NCBI GenBank assembly: GCA_964658305.1
Contig: OZ210885.1
Span: 1,178,001 to 1,242,000, forward strand
Reading direction: 5' to 3'
Length of the DNA: 64,000 nucleotides
From: Leptogorgia sarmentosa
Lineage: Eukaryota
A program made the translations under genes and the position numbers. The notes below the pieces were generated by a model. The model worked only from the letters and a program-made list of their open reading frames with translations, ran no database searches and was not told where the DNA came from. Below, in pieces: positions 13,571-28,300 of this stretch. Position 1 is the stretch's first letter; the number at the start of each line of letters is the position of its first letter.

Positions 13571-16500
13571 GCTGACCACCCACGGAATCTCATTCCTGAA
13601 ATATGTCGAGAATTTAACCGCAAAGGGTGGATGACAGGATCAGGTGGAGCAATTAGCATCAGATTAGGGTAAGTGTACAATTACGTAGCAAAAATATAAC
13701 ACACAATTAGAAGTTTGGTACAATTACTACTGTAATTAGGAAAGTTGCATGGAACAGATTTGTTGCTCATATATTATCTTTTGCCTGCTGTTCAAATCTG
13801 CTGCCAAAATACAAATGTGTCCTTCTTGTTTCTTTACTTATTAATATTATTCCATTTAACTTATTATTTACATGCAATTTATTAACTTATATAGATTATA
13901 TGGCAAAAATTTTGCAAAAAATCAATATGTGACCAGTGTAGGTAGTGAATATAATATAAAAATGCACTTAAAAGTTCCAGTTTCCAAATTCCAATATACC
14001 ATACAATATTGTAAGAGTCGACATTTTCAATGTCCTTTGTCAGGTATTAGGGTGAACTAATAGTACCAAGTAGAACTTTTTCTCCATTTTCATGTTTTTA
14101 CAGTAAGATATATTATATATATATATCTATATGATTTTGACACAGTTATTATTCCAAAAAATAAATAGACAATAGATTTATTATTGCTCATCAGACAGTT
14201 ACCGTATTTTAACTTATTCATCTGTAATTTAACTAATACACACAAAACAATATAGGATTACCATGTATTAATTATCATTATAATTGTTTTAACATTTTGT
14301 GTTAATTCTCATTTCGTATTTAATAGCTCAAACACCCAGTTTAATAGGTCGGTTAGGTACAATTAGTTTGCATACTGCAATTTAAAAGTTTAGTTTTCGT
14401 TTGAAAGTGAAACTATAATTTTGCATTATCCTAATTCCAAATAAAGGAGTGTACATCTGATACTTTCTTCACAAGCAAGTAATATTCCTGGTTATTCGAT
14501 GTTACAATGTTCAGCTTCGTTGGGCCCGGCCCACTAAAAAAAAATCCTGGATTTAAAAAAAAACTATTAAAGCCGTGCCTTAGTCAACCATCTTTCATTT
14601 GTATGCCCAATAAAGCCAACTAAAAAGGTCGAGTTTGGACTCCAAAATGGTCATTTCCGGCGATCTAGAGAACATAAATGTTCGAAAATTTCTCGCTCGG
14701 CGCCAAAACTATGGTGGCGCCTCCTGAGGTTCGGTCCCCCCCCCCCCCAATTCTAGGATGGTGGCGCCTCCTGAGGTTCGCCCCCCCCCAATTCTAGGAT
14801 CGCTCCTACGTCCCTGCAGTCTAGTGCAGTAGCTATAATTTCAGGATTCCTAAGGTTTCCACCATGGTTATTTTGTTGGACAATGCCATATTAAATTCCA
14901 TATATGATATATTTGTTTCAATTTTACAACTTTAGGAATGAAATTTATGTCTCACCTTCTGGTTTTTTGAAAGAAAGAGTCGAGGTTTGTTACGTTCGAC
15001 TCACTTAACTGCAATGCACTCTAGAATACGCACAAGTTTTTCACTTGATCAATTACCTATACACTGTTGACAGTAAAACACAGGCGCATGCGATTATTTT
15101 AAAATAGGATATACGCAATATTAATGAAAGAGGTCGAGTAGGATTGGGATTAGGAGGAATTGTTAAGTATATCCGCTACGCGAACCGAATTTAATAATTG
15201 TTTTATTATTTATTTGTATCTTTATCCGACTTAGTGTCGCCGCTTTTAACATAAGCAGCAAAAATTAGTCGACGTCATAAATGTCATTTATTATATATGG
15301 CAAGTGTTTATGAGCGGTCCGTCTGCTAAAATACAGCGTTCTGATTGGTTCCTGAGCGGTCGGTAACCTGCAGTACAGATCGCTAGCGTTTAGGGCGTCG
15401 GTTGTTTATTGAATCAAGCGACAACGAAGACGAAAGAAGTTAAAAACATGTTTGAACATTCTGTTCTTTTTTTGTTTCAACATTTTGTTCTTTTTTTTGG
15501 TAGCCAATAACATTTTAGAGAACAATTTTTAGCGAACTAATATTGTTGAACGGCTTTGTTCATATTGTTGAATTGTTGTACGAGTTTTGTTTATCTTTTT
15601 CCATATAATAAATAGCTTATAGACTGAGTTTGTTCGATCCGTACTGGAGGATACTGCATGGTCCAGTTCTTTTCTCGCTTGTTTATGGACCTCGCCTTTG
15701 GCTCGATCCATAAACAAGCGAGAAAAGAACTCGACCGTGCAGTGCAGTATCCTCCAGTACGGACCTCACACTCAATAACATATATATATAATTTTCAATA
15801 GCTATACGACATAATGACGTCATAATGTCGTATATGTGTTTTACCGAGCAGATATGACGAAATTTCACCCACTACTCTTATTATATGACATTATGACGTC
15901 GACTAATTTATGCTGCTAATGAATCTATGCTGCCCTAACGCAACCGTTTACACTAAGTTGGATAGAGATACAAATAAATAATAAAATAATTATTAAATTC
16001 GGTTCTCGTAGGATATGCTGAATTATTAAGGCCTCGGTTTAACTTTGTGTTGAAAATTGTTACAACATTTCGCAATTTAATTTTGCACAAATTAAAATTT
16101 GTACTTGATATTATACAAATAATGAATGTTTATGAGTGCAATGGTAAGAATATTTTCATGAGGTGAAAGATGGAATGTTCTATTAGTATTCTATAGCTGT
16201 ATTAATATTCTATAGTATTCGTACTATTGCACTCTTGGGAAATGGAACTTTCTATTCAATATCACGTGACCATAATTAACCAATTAAACGACCTGAATGT
16301 AATGAGGTATTATATACATGTAATATATTCTATGTCACATATTCATTTAATTTCTTAGGCGAGCTCTTTGTTCGTTTGTGATATGCAAGGAAACCAATTG
16401 GATGGGCCGGACCCAAGGTAACATTTGTATAAACTATCAATGTATGGAATGTGATTTCACTGACTGAGCATGAAGTTATTTTAAACCAGGACACGACGTA

Positions 16501-19500
16501 TTTTGTTAAATGGTGGCCGTCTGGTCGACTATTCAATCCGACTTATCCAAACAATCCAAATTAGTCTTTTTTTCAATCCATGCCCTTCCTCGACAGCACG
16601 ACTTATTTCGTATCATACCCCGCTCAAAACGTAGAATTCTGTTTCGTTATTTAAATAACGAGATCAATGTAAATTGAACATCACACCATGGCGCTTTCTT
16701 ATTTCAGTCTTAATTTGAAAGAAAGTTCGTGCACTCCAATGTTCATGAATGGCTATCGTAAACGAGGTACATGTATTTCTTCTAAAGTATGAAAAATTTC
16801 AATCTTTCAACAGTTTGAAAAATAAGTCAGTCAATTGTGCAATTCGATTGAAAGTATGTCAGTGGATAAAGACGACTGAGAAGCATTTCAATCTTTGTAA
16901 AGATTTACAGTAAAATTCTAAGCCAATCTGTTGCTCAAACTTCGCGTGTACGGCAGACCAAAAATCAGCTACTTTAAATCGAAAATCGACTGAGATTTGA
17001 TTGAAAAGTAACTTATTTTAGATTTATTTTTCTTTCAATCGCGCGTAAGATTGATTTTCAACAGAAAAAGTTTCGTCCGTAAAAACAATCCCAAAGAGTT
17101 GTTTTCACGGAAAGAGATTGAATTTTCAATGCACGGAAAAGGACTAGGACTATCTTTCAAATCGAAATTTTCCGATTGAAACAACTGAATCTCTCCCATA
17201 ATGTACTTTATTTCAATTCCATATTTTTTTCACAACATAGTTCTCATAACTAAACATAATTACAAAATTTCAACTAGTTTCATACAGAATATAACGAAAG
17301 ATATAATCGAGTGCATACAGCAAAATCGATTTCTATCTGGCAACCTTTTATATGAGCGCTGATTGGCTAAAACACGAACACGAGATTATATCGTAAGCGA
17401 GGCTAAGTGAGGCTGAATCGCCAACTGCCTGATCAATATTTGCTTTCTCTCCTCAGCTGCTGGTGCTGTATTTCATGTTCATTCTCAGAATGCCGTTATG
17501 GTCACCTTGTTGTTTCCTGGAAAAGAATTTAGAATTTCTCATCAACAAATGATAAAAGCAATTGTAAATTGTGAAACGGGAAGGAACTATAGGTAATGAT
17601 CTGATTTTGGATTGCGAATCTTCTATTTTGGATTTCGAATCTTCTATTTTGGATTTCAAATCTTACATATACAGTATTTTGGATTGCGAATCTTTTATTT
17701 TGGATTTCGAATCTTCTATTTTGGATTTCAAATCTTACATATATTTTGGATTTCGAATCTTCTATTTTGGATTGCGAATCTTCTATATTTTGAATTCCGA
17801 ATCTTTGATTTTGGATTCTGAATCCAAATTTGAAAAATTACTGTCAGTTTAACAACCAGGGAATTCCTAGCTGACATAGGCCTCCTTCAGCATTGCTGCG
17901 TTTGATATACACAATATTGATTCACCTCCGAAATTAACCTGTAACATACTGTAATTGCATACATCTTTGTGCGGCTACTACACATTAGCGGTGCAAGCAA
18001 TATCAAAACGACCAGCCCAACAGCTCCATTGCTTATCTTGTTTATTATTAGTACTTATTCAACCTAAAGTTAGACACCAGTCTCTAAGAATGTTCGCTCT
18101 GGTGTACGGAAATATGTAGAATGAATGAACCCACTTGGCTCACCCGTAATTGCACATGTAAGTCGATTTGCTGACTTATCGTTTTTCTGGAGTGTTTAGT
18201 CAAAATCCAATTTTCGGACATCGCACGTTCGTCTCAGCGTCTCAAAACTTGGATAGCTTGTATATCATGCTCCATATTTTCATCCGATTAAATCAAATTG
18301 TGTGAAGAAAACTTATTTTTTGCGCGTAAGCCGTTTTTAATGGGCCTTTCAGTAACTACATTTCCCATTCAAAAAAGTTTGTTTTTAAAATAAACTTAGT
18401 GCTACAGTAGATATACCAGAGGGTGTTAAACTACCCATGCTAACCGAAAATGTTTGGAAATTTTGAACGCTCGTAATAGTTTAGAGAATGTTTTTCATCA
18501 GTAAACTTTTTTTTATACACTCTGTAGTACTCGTACCCCATGAGTTTCATCCATAGTTTGATCTCTTTTAGATACGACGAAGAACTGGTTATTCCAATAG
18601 TTGAAAACGAAAATGAAGAAATAGAGATTAAGGTAATGCGGGTATTGTTGTTATTATCTAGACTGTGGCCATAATGAAGTACGGTGATGGATGTTGGGAT
18701 AATGCAACTTCAATGTGAACGTTAGTTGATAATATTATGTATTAGTAGAATCATACTCGTATACTATTGCAAATGCTGCTATTTGATTGGCTACTCTACT
18801 CGCTATCTATTCTTCAGTAGATAGTGAGTAGCAAAACATGTGAATTTCCGTTCAAGAAAATGTCTTCTGAGACGCATTTTTTAATTATTTTTTGCAATAT
18901 TTTCATGTTTGATCTCTGATTCTACTAAAACAATTAGATTACTCGCTCTCGATTTCTACGAGATGATAGTTGATTCGGGCTTCGCCCTCATCAACTATCA
19001 CCTCATAGAAATCTCGAGCTCGTACTCTAATTGTTAAGTAGATTAAAAATTAACATTGCCAACTGGGTTTTACGACTATATAATAAAACGAAAATTATAC
19101 GGCGGTTTGAAGATATGAATTTTATCTTCTCGTGGTTAATGATAGTTTACTCTTTCGCTGCGCTCATTCGTAAAATATTGTTTCCACCACTCGAAGATAA
19201 AATTCATATCTTCGCACCGCGGTGTAATATCCTCTATTTGTACTCGGCCCTATGCGATAACCTATACTAATTGTAGGATAATATTGTCGCTGCCATGGAA
19301 GAATACCCTGAAACGTCAGCTGTGTTGGTCAAAAATCACGGAATATATCTTTGGGCGAAAACCTGGGTCAAAGCTAAAATCATGTAAGTTTAATAAATTA
19401 TTCTGGATCAAATATAACACACAGTAACAATCAAGTTGCGCACAGGATCTGGAAACGAGTCGCATCAAATTTAATTCCATATTGGCCTTTTCAAGCATGT

Positions 19501-20532
19501 TCCTGACATTTTAATAAAACGTGACATTTCAATAAAGTTCATTCAGCTCCAATGACACCGACAGTCTTCTGTCTAAGAATAATGAAGCTGTAATAATATT
19601 TCTTCTCAAAAGATTCATTAAAAGTGATAATGTTGAAAAAGAAGTGAAAAAACCGACTCGGACGGTGACTGGTCTAAAATTTGAAATGCAAACAATGTCC
19701 TATCGGCCTCGTTTTGATGCGACTCGTTCCAGTCTCCGTGCGCAACATGGCAATTATGCATAGCGTGTATAGCGTGTATAGCGTGTATAGAATTTTGCAC
19801 ATCATGTTTTCCACACTACAGTATATAATAATATTCTGATGAGTGAGATTAGCAGAAATATATTAACTTTTAATTAAGAAAATTATTACTTAAGATTACT
19901 TAAATTATTACTTATTACTTACTTAATTACTATTAATTAAGAAAAACTTGTTATCGTTCCTGATATTTTCATAGTAGATCGGTGTGCTGATAAGAAGTAA
20001 AAGTATCATTATAACGGTTTATCATTTGCGAAAAACATTTTATTATGTATAATGTGACAACACTAAAATCAAAACCTATTTAGATTCAAAACCTACCTAC
20101 CATAGTCCACCTTTTAAGGTTGTGGCGGTTTTATAGCTGTCTGCAGGAATAAAATACTTTCAGGATAAGACGTCGTAATAAATTGATTCGGATTTTACTA
20201 CCGACAAAAATGAAAATACCGTTAAGCCTGTATTCCAGTTGACGGCTTTGATCTTGTGTCGTGAAGCGGAAACACTAATTCAGAAAAACCGAATTTGTTG
20301 GGGAAAAAATCTGCAGCTGTAAAAATCAGGAATAGGATTTTTTGTTCGTGGAGACAAATTCATTCGCAAACGTGCTTTACCCAAAGGTTGGAAAATTGAA
20401 AATTTCCTGTTATACAAAATACTTTATTTTGAAATTTACTTTTCAAGGTGCGAGGCGTACGACTACATTTTCGAGGTAGCAGTGAAAATGAAAAGTAATG
20501 GTCTGGACCCGTTGAAGAAACCTTCAATGTAG
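13571..20532 (+). CDS. APIP: APIP/MtnB homologue (methylthioribulose-1-phosphate dehydratase, class II aldolase fold); first coding exon not identified
   Basis: Exons 13571-13668, 14936-14984, 16359-16417, 16708-16766, 17457-17592, 18572-18632, 19277-19383, 20448-20532 (654 nt, in frame, ends TAG). Translation [41 protein letters not shown]...SSCTPMFMN...AGAVFHVHS...HQQMIKA...[12 protein letters not shown]...[18 protein letters not shown]...MCEAYDYIF...GLDP is colinear with human APIP as recalled. Confidence 0.92.
17604..17822. repeat. Degenerate ~21-bp minisatellite in an APIP intron
   Basis: Repeated tattttggatt(t/g)cgaatcttc units starting just after the donor at 17593. Confidence 0.85.
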
Positions 20533-22315
20533 TTGGTGTATTTTATGGTTTGTGGCAGGCGTGCATGTACAGTAAAGCGCTAACCACAATACGAAACATT
20601 AAACAACTAGCGGCTAATGTACAAGACGGAACACGTCGTAATAAACTCGTAAAAATTATGTCTTCTTCAAGGTTGACAAAAACAGGGTGCAACAGTTGTC
20701 ATTTATATATAGTTGTCATATATATATATATATATTGTTACACCTGAGTGTGGGATGATTTGGTTTGTTGACAACTATGAACAATGTGGGTAGCACAACA
20801 TTGCTGCATCCTGTTTTCATCAACCTTGGACAAACTGTGTGCTGTATACGTACCTGCAAATGACACAATACCAAATGGTACTTGTTCCGGTGGTCACGTG
20901 TTTGGTGTTTTATTACATCCCGTCTGTGGCAGATATTATGAAAAAGCGATAAAGAATCCTCTTAAAATTATAGCAAAAATTAGCTGTCTCTGACGACCTA
21001 ATACTTACCCCTGAAATGACAATTCGAATATAGGATGGATGTTTTCTTCAACACTAAAATGTCCATGATTCTGGAGGAGGCCTTCACTCGAAACACGATT
21101 TTTTTATTAACACTAATTATCACTGATTTCTAACAAATGGCTCGAAACGTAAAATTCTCATTTATCTCCTAAGTTTGATTCTATTTTTTAATGTTCACTC
21201 TATCATCAATTCCTGTCGTAATTTCGAACTGTATTTCCTTAAATATCTAAAAGACGAAAAAATCTGGAAAGATGTTTCATCATTTGTTCCTTTAAGCAAG
21301 AAACCTAAAATTTATCATGAAAGTGGATTGTAAAACAAATTAAAATTCCAGGAAATTCTTTTGTCTTCTGTAGTCTTTTTTTTATTCAAGTAGATATATG
21401 AGTTACAAGATATAGCTGCTTACAGCATTATTCTGCCGCCTGTTTGTATTACTTATAATATGAATCTAACCACATGAACTAAAATTGATTATATGTTTAC
21501 TTATTTTACAATTGCAATCTACATTTATGAATCCGCGCTAATCTGAATCTGCTGTTATATAGTTTGCTTTCATTGCACCATGTTTTTAGCAATATTATTG
21601 AGTTGGTATATAATCATTATTATTATATAGTAGACAATGTGATGTCGGAAAATACACACTGAAATAATATATTTCCCATATCTTCACTAGCGAAGGCATT
21701 AACTATATGCTGTTTCCTCAAACTGTAATTGCGCAGTAACTATATTAAGTTCCTTCCAATATTCTTTTCCTTACAAATGTATTTCAAAATTATAATTACT
21801 GAGTAAATTTCAGATTGCTATGTGATTAGCTGTAGTATTTCATTTGATTGTCGTTAAACCCAAATCAATTATAGTGCTAAATGGGGATAAAACAATATAT
21901 GAATCAAGACGTCTGGATCTAAATAAATATAAAGAGAATTTATTTATTATTAATTTTTGGAAAATAAGTGATGTCTCTTCTCCGACATTACGTGTTTTAG
22001 CACACTGATTGAAGCTGTCCGCTCTCTCCTTTCTTTATATCATAGATTTTAGTGTGCGAAAAAACACAACAATTTTACAAATTAAGGAAGAAAAATCGTT
22101 GAATTACGAATCAATTGGTGTATCGAAAAGCGCTAACTCGCAGCAGATTATACTTACCTACAGCGAGCGAAATCGGCCCAACAATCACTGCCTGCATGTA
22201 AACGTACCTTAACGGACCAGCAGCTTTGGTTGTACCAGTAGAAGTTCAGGTTTACTTTGTACAATTACATGTACTAGCTAGTGTGAAAGCCTTCGGTACA
22301 GCTAGGCTGCTGTGG

Positions 22316-25300
22316 TTATTTCCCAGCACGCTTTCGTGAATTTGGAAAAGGACGCCTTTCAAGTTTGTGTGCGAAACTCTCACGGCATATTGGGCAGCGT
22401 GTGCTATATAAAACGAAAGTAGAAGAGTTACTCTTTTAGGTGAAGAAATGTTTCAAAATCATGTGGGATTTATGTGTAAAATAATGCTCAACATCTGAAA
22501 TTAAGTATTGGATAGCTGACGTTGGTCCTTGCCCTTCGCATGAAAAATACAAAAAAGCCTTTTCTTTGGGCGAGAAAATCTTGTCCTCTTCCCCATTGAA
22601 CTCTTCTCATTATTAATTCTATGGCGAAAGGACCGTGTTTACACACAAACACATAAATAGATTATTCATTTCTAAACAAACTAACAATGTTATGAACAAC
22701 GCGTCTATGCTACCATAGTCATCTTTGGCCCTTATGCAGCCTTATCTAATGCTTATTTGAATCAGTCTGGAAAGCAATGACCTATAAAACACCTTTACGA
22801 GCAAAAAAGTGCCTCACACCCCCCATTCCCTGCAACCCCGCCACACTTTAGTTTGTAAATGAATGACCAGGAACTGAACTTAATACACATATAGTGCGTG
22901 ATTGGACAACAACATGGCGGACATTAAAATCGAAATCAGCTCTGCTGTAAAAATTCCTAATAATTACTCACTCGCATGGGCGTACGAGCCCTATCTTGTT
23001 TGGGGGGGCACATTACTGTTTGCCCGACAGGACCTGTGGAACGACATTTGAAGTGGGGGGGGGGGGGAAGCTGACAGATAAGGGGGGGCGAAGCTCACGA
23101 GGCGCCACCATGGTTGGCGCCGAGCGAGAAAATTTAAAAAATTTTGGGTCTCTAGATCGTCGGAAATGGCATTTTCAAGGTATCATAATTATACCTCTTT
23201 CGTTATGTAATACATATCCGATCTGAAATACTTGAGCTTTGGAATTAGAATACTTCACTGATATATGATGTTTTAGAGGATAATGATTTTCATCGTATTG
23301 TTGATGTTATATTGTCTAATAAATTTAATATTCTATCAACTATGATGGAGTTATGTTTGCCCGAATTCGAGCTCAATTGCCCGACCGTGAACGGTTTGGG
23401 GGGGCACAGGCCCCACCGTGCCCCCCCGGCCCGTACGCCCATGTTCACTCGACCGGAATCTGAACGAAATTCTTCGTTACAAAGAAGAGAATTGCTTTGC
23501 TCATCACAGGAGCCGTATTGTATGGACAGACTCCTTTAAAATGCTGAAGTTGTTCACCAAATGTGCTGTCGAACAGCCTGGCATTTGGTCATCGTCTGGT
23601 GGCAAGTATAAGAAATTTACAAGCTCTGTTTCCGACTTAATTTTTACGTGGACTGACTTTTCGGGGGAAGGAAGGGGCCCGTCTAAAGGAGCTCCTTATT
23701 TATGTGTGCTCGCTGGTAGATTTAGAGCCAGCTGGTAACGTTCACTTCGTCAATGAGGAAGTCGCACAAGTCGCTAACACTGAAACTAATGTAAGAGCTG
23801 GACAGTCGAATGCTGATGGCAATCCTCTGTTAACAACCGGGATCGCATCAATAAACTGTAGTTCGTCAATCGATCTTAACTCGCAAAATTCGAACGAGCA
23901 TATTGAAAACATAGATCTAGATATTGAAATTTTGAAAAGCAGAGTTGATGCATTACAATCGCTGGCAAATTCTGGAACTGTTTTATCCCCTGTACAAGTG
24001 GACAATAGAAATAGAGATGGCGATGACATTGTTTGTCTACAAGCACAAGTCAATGAACAAAAATGCAAAAATATCAAACTGGAGGAGGAAGTTTTGAATC
24101 TGAAACAAGAGATTAATGCTCTAAAATTACTCATAAATCAGCAAAGAGTTGTCAAACCCCAAACCATACCTCGAAGTGACGCATCGGTGAATAATGACAA
24201 TAACACATTTATAATTAACTACAACAAAGGCAATAATGACTGCCCAAATTACCATGAGACCAACAAATGCCAATCTCAAATCACTGGCTCCCAACCTTCT
24301 ACATCCAATTCTATAAATTGCGGCTCCAAAAATGTGGCCCCCCTTGGCGAGTACCAACAAAATAATACATTACAAGCTAGCCAAAGCAAAGATAGTTCGG
24401 AAAAGCCTCCGGAACTGGATTGGATCAGTTCCCTACCTCTGATTGACGTACCTATACAAGTCAAACATAGAATCAAAAACGCGTAAACCCTGTTAACAAT
24501 AGTTCTAGCGCCAGTCATCAAAGCCCCAAGCAACATCCCTGTTTTCCGAACCTTAATAGAAATCGTGACCGCACAGATAACAACTTCGTACTTCAAAACA
24601 GAGCCAGACTAGTCCGTAGACAAAAACACCAAAGTCGTCCTCCTCCTCCTTTTCGTATAAATCGTCGACGGACAGCCGATTGGCTGGAATATCTGAAATT
24701 TGTCCACCATATGACCAATGTGAACATCCCTGTGAACGTCCAAACCTATTCACGCCGTCCGCGCCCCTTCTCAAGGAACATAATATCACAGTGAGAATAA
24801 CATCCAGAAGTAATCACTCATCTAGAAGAAGACCCTATTCTTATATCCCTGTAATTACTGACAAGACCACCCTGGCCAACTCAGTTTATCCAGATAAACC
24901 GATCAACACCCGACATTCCCTTAACGGAAAGTCGCCCTTTTTTGTTCCTTCTTTAGTCTTACTAAATTGTTGTTAAATTGCATGCAAATGACGCTCCTTG
25001 GATGACCCCATATTTTAAGGAGTTAATCCATAATCGTCAAAAAGCCCTGAAAGAAAACAACATCCTGCTCTTTAAGTTTTATCGAAACAGAGTCAACCGT
25101 GAAAGGAAATTAATTAAATCGAAATATTACAGGAACAAGGTTGAAAATTTGAAACATACCGAACCAAAAAAGTGGTGGTCTTCTTGTAAGAAGATTTGCG
25201 GTATGTCAAAACCGAATGCGAGGATCGTCAATAATCTTCTGAAAATGGAATCGCTGTCTATCAATTCCAAAATAAAATTAGCTAACGATATAAACTCAAC

Positions 25301-28300
25301 GTTTCTGGATCCTTTGCAAAGTTACTCGAAACTATCCTCAAGTGGTAAAATTGCGGTGAGTAACCATCGAGTTCCCCAAGTCACCATCGAATCGGTCGAA
25401 AGGAAACTAAGGAAAATAAAGGAGTCTAAAGCACCTGGCCCTGACGACATTCCAAATTGGCTCCTAAAATCCTTTAGTCATCTACTTGCTGAACCAGTTT
25501 GTTACTTAATTAACATGTCCTTCCAAAAACAATTATTACCTACTTTATGGAAAAAGGCTAATGTCATCCCCCTACAAAAAAACCAGATCATTGAAGATTT
25601 TAACAAAGATCTCCGGCCGATCGTAAGCAAAGAGTGAAATTGGAGAATGATATCTTCTCAACTTGGGACAATGTTCCCGCAGGCGTTCCTCAGGGTTCAA
25701 AACTGGGACCATGGCTCTTCCTAGTGATGATTAACGATTTAGATATTAAATCATCCAATGGTAATGCGATTTTTGTTGATGATACAACATCCTTCGAAAT
25801 TGTCAGCAAACAAGGGTGACAGTTCTGCTCAAGCTATCGTTGATGAAATATCCAATTGGTCAAGTGAGAACAAATTTCAGATTCAACCAAAAAAAACTAA
25901 GGAATTGCGAATATCGTTTAAGCAGTCTCCGTCTGCTTTTGCCGACCTGCAGGTTGGTGAGACCACGGTCGAAGTTGTGGACTCCTTTCAGGTGCTGGAT
26001 TTGACTATACAAAGTAATCTTAAGTGGAACCAACACGTTGAAAAAATTTGCAAAAAGGCGTCTAAGCGCCTTTACTTTCCATCACAGTTGAAACGAGCAA
26101 AAGTCCACACTAAAGACTTAGTAAATTTCTACGTTACGTGCATCCGCCCTGTATTAATATACGCTTGTGAAGTTTTTAACCTTAACTTATAAGAAAAACT
26201 AAAGTTATCCATGGAACGAGTCCAAAAACGAGCAATGAGGATTATTCACGGCTTCGATACACCATACGAAGCTGCCCTTGATTTATCGAATTTGGAACGG
26301 CTATCATCCCACCGGGACAACCTTTGTGACAACTTACTGCTAAAGATCTCCGGCAATACGGAAGACAAACTTTTTGAATATCTACCTTTTAACACTAACA
26401 CGGACTTGCCATTAAGAAACATTAGGAAATTTTCAGTCCCTAAGTGCAACTCGGACCGGTTTAAAAATTCTTTTATTAATACCTCAACTAGTCGTTATAA
26501 CGAATTTTATTGTAAATAGTGTTTTAATTGTTTTTATAATATAAGTAGGGTAAAATCTGCAACGTGATTGGCTAATGAGCGTGCATTAAAACAGCGTAAT
26601 GCACGCATCTAGCTATTAAATTTCTCCCGCGACTCTTTGGTTTGGCAAAAAGACAATAAAAATACATATATATTAAAAATACATCATAAAAAACGCTTGA
26701 ATTGTTTGCTCTCGCTCAGCTAAAGGAATAAAGCTGTGTTGCTGCTTGGCAACACTTGAGAACACGCTTGATTACATGTAAAGAGAATTGTAATTTTGAT
26801 CTTCCTAACGAAGTTTTTGTTGCGCTAATATTCTCTTATATTATAAAAGAAATAGAAAAACTCGTCGCGTGCCATTATGCTGTTATAATTGCACTCGGGC
26901 AATGTTGTGAGAATACTCGAGAATCGCGTAAAACACGCGGCTACGCCTCGTGTTTTACGCGATTCTCTCGTATTCTCCCAACATTTCCCTCGTGCATTAT
27001 AACAGCATAATGGCACGCGACTCGTTATCTATTTCTTAAATAAATTGTCTAATACCATATTTGTAAACCTAATCAATTCAGTCTATGTACTGCAATTTGG
27101 GTAATTTTAATAAACTATCTATCTATCTATCTATCTAATATTACAGACAATTACTGAGCAGAAAATTAAGATAATATCACTTAGTGTGTAATCTTGCTGG
27201 AAACACCAAATTTATATCAGAACACACGATATTAGAAATTTGAGCACTTACATTCCGCTACGTATCATTTGTGTCGCACATTCTTTGTGGACTTTATGAG
27301 AACATGGGAGAATTTGACATCCAGTGAAAGCATCCTATGATGAAAAGAGTAAAAAACATTTTGTGAAATGTAATGCTTAACTGGAATATAAATTTCTGAA
27401 TTTTGTACGCATATGACGATATAGTAAGTTTGATGCCCGAGCCATTCAGCCCTAATTAAGCCGTAAGCTTTCCAACAACAAGCCCTAGGCCTGCTTGAAA
27501 CACAATTCATTGAGTCCATCAATTGATGAACGAAGCATTATGCCTTTATAATGCGCATGCTCATTTGGCTCTCATTCAGCCAGTATCCTGACATGAATAC
27601 TACTAATGCTAAATTAAAGCTGCATGCATGTTTTCCGTCTCAATTTCATATATTATAATAATCGCGATATACAATTTAAATAAATTTGAGTGTTGATCTC
27701 CATTATAGATACTATTATAGATATACCTATTATCTCTTGAGTATATAAGAAGCTGCGTTGTGACTTTAGTATTTATTATAATAAGATCATCCAAGATTGG
27801 CAACTTTCTCACAAATAATAATCCATCATTTAGAAATACATACATCGCAAACTACGCTTTAAACTGAAACACTACAACAATATACTGCAAAATAACTAAA
27901 TTAACTAGCGAAGGTTGGGATGTATGTATTTCTAAATGATGGATTATTTGTGATAAAGTTGCCGACCTTAGGGTAATCTTAATATTTATAGATACAATGA
28001 CTGCGTGCGAACTGCGTTCGTGAGAGACGGTGAGTGCATAGTTGATGACAGGCACAATAAGCAACGCCTGGAAAGACAGACTACGACATTCAAAGATGAA
28101 TTTTCGTTATTTTTAATGATTTTTATGTTAAATTAAAAAAAAATTGGGCTATCTGTGGTTTAGTTGAAGAGATGATCGTTTGACTGAGCTACTTTGTTGT
28201 AACATAACCTAAACATCGCTTCAGACTTGGTTATTGTTGAGACTGGAATTTGGATTTTTTTCGTATCAAAGCTCAACATTAGTATACAAATAATGAATGT

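Larger units (their letters stand above)
22890..27136 (+). mobile_element. Internally deleted CR1/L2-like LINE (ORF1 plus fragmented reverse-transcriptase ORF2), antisense in the last coding intron of paralogue A
   Basis: ORF1 starts at ATG 22914 (MADIKIE...WTDSFKMLKLF...GIWSSSGGKYKKF; coiled coil in 23704-24486). ORF2 pieces at 24978-26519 carry KAPGPDDIP, WKKANVIPLQK, DLRPI, GVPQGSKLGPWLFLVMIND, FVDDT and ERVQKRA, with frameshifts and a stop. 3' end is AATAAA plus (CTAT)n at 27109-27136. Confidence 0.9.

Noticed and set aside
17571..17852. Repetitive ORFs (ILDFESS/FYFGFRI)
   Set aside because: Translations of an intronic 21-bp minisatellite.
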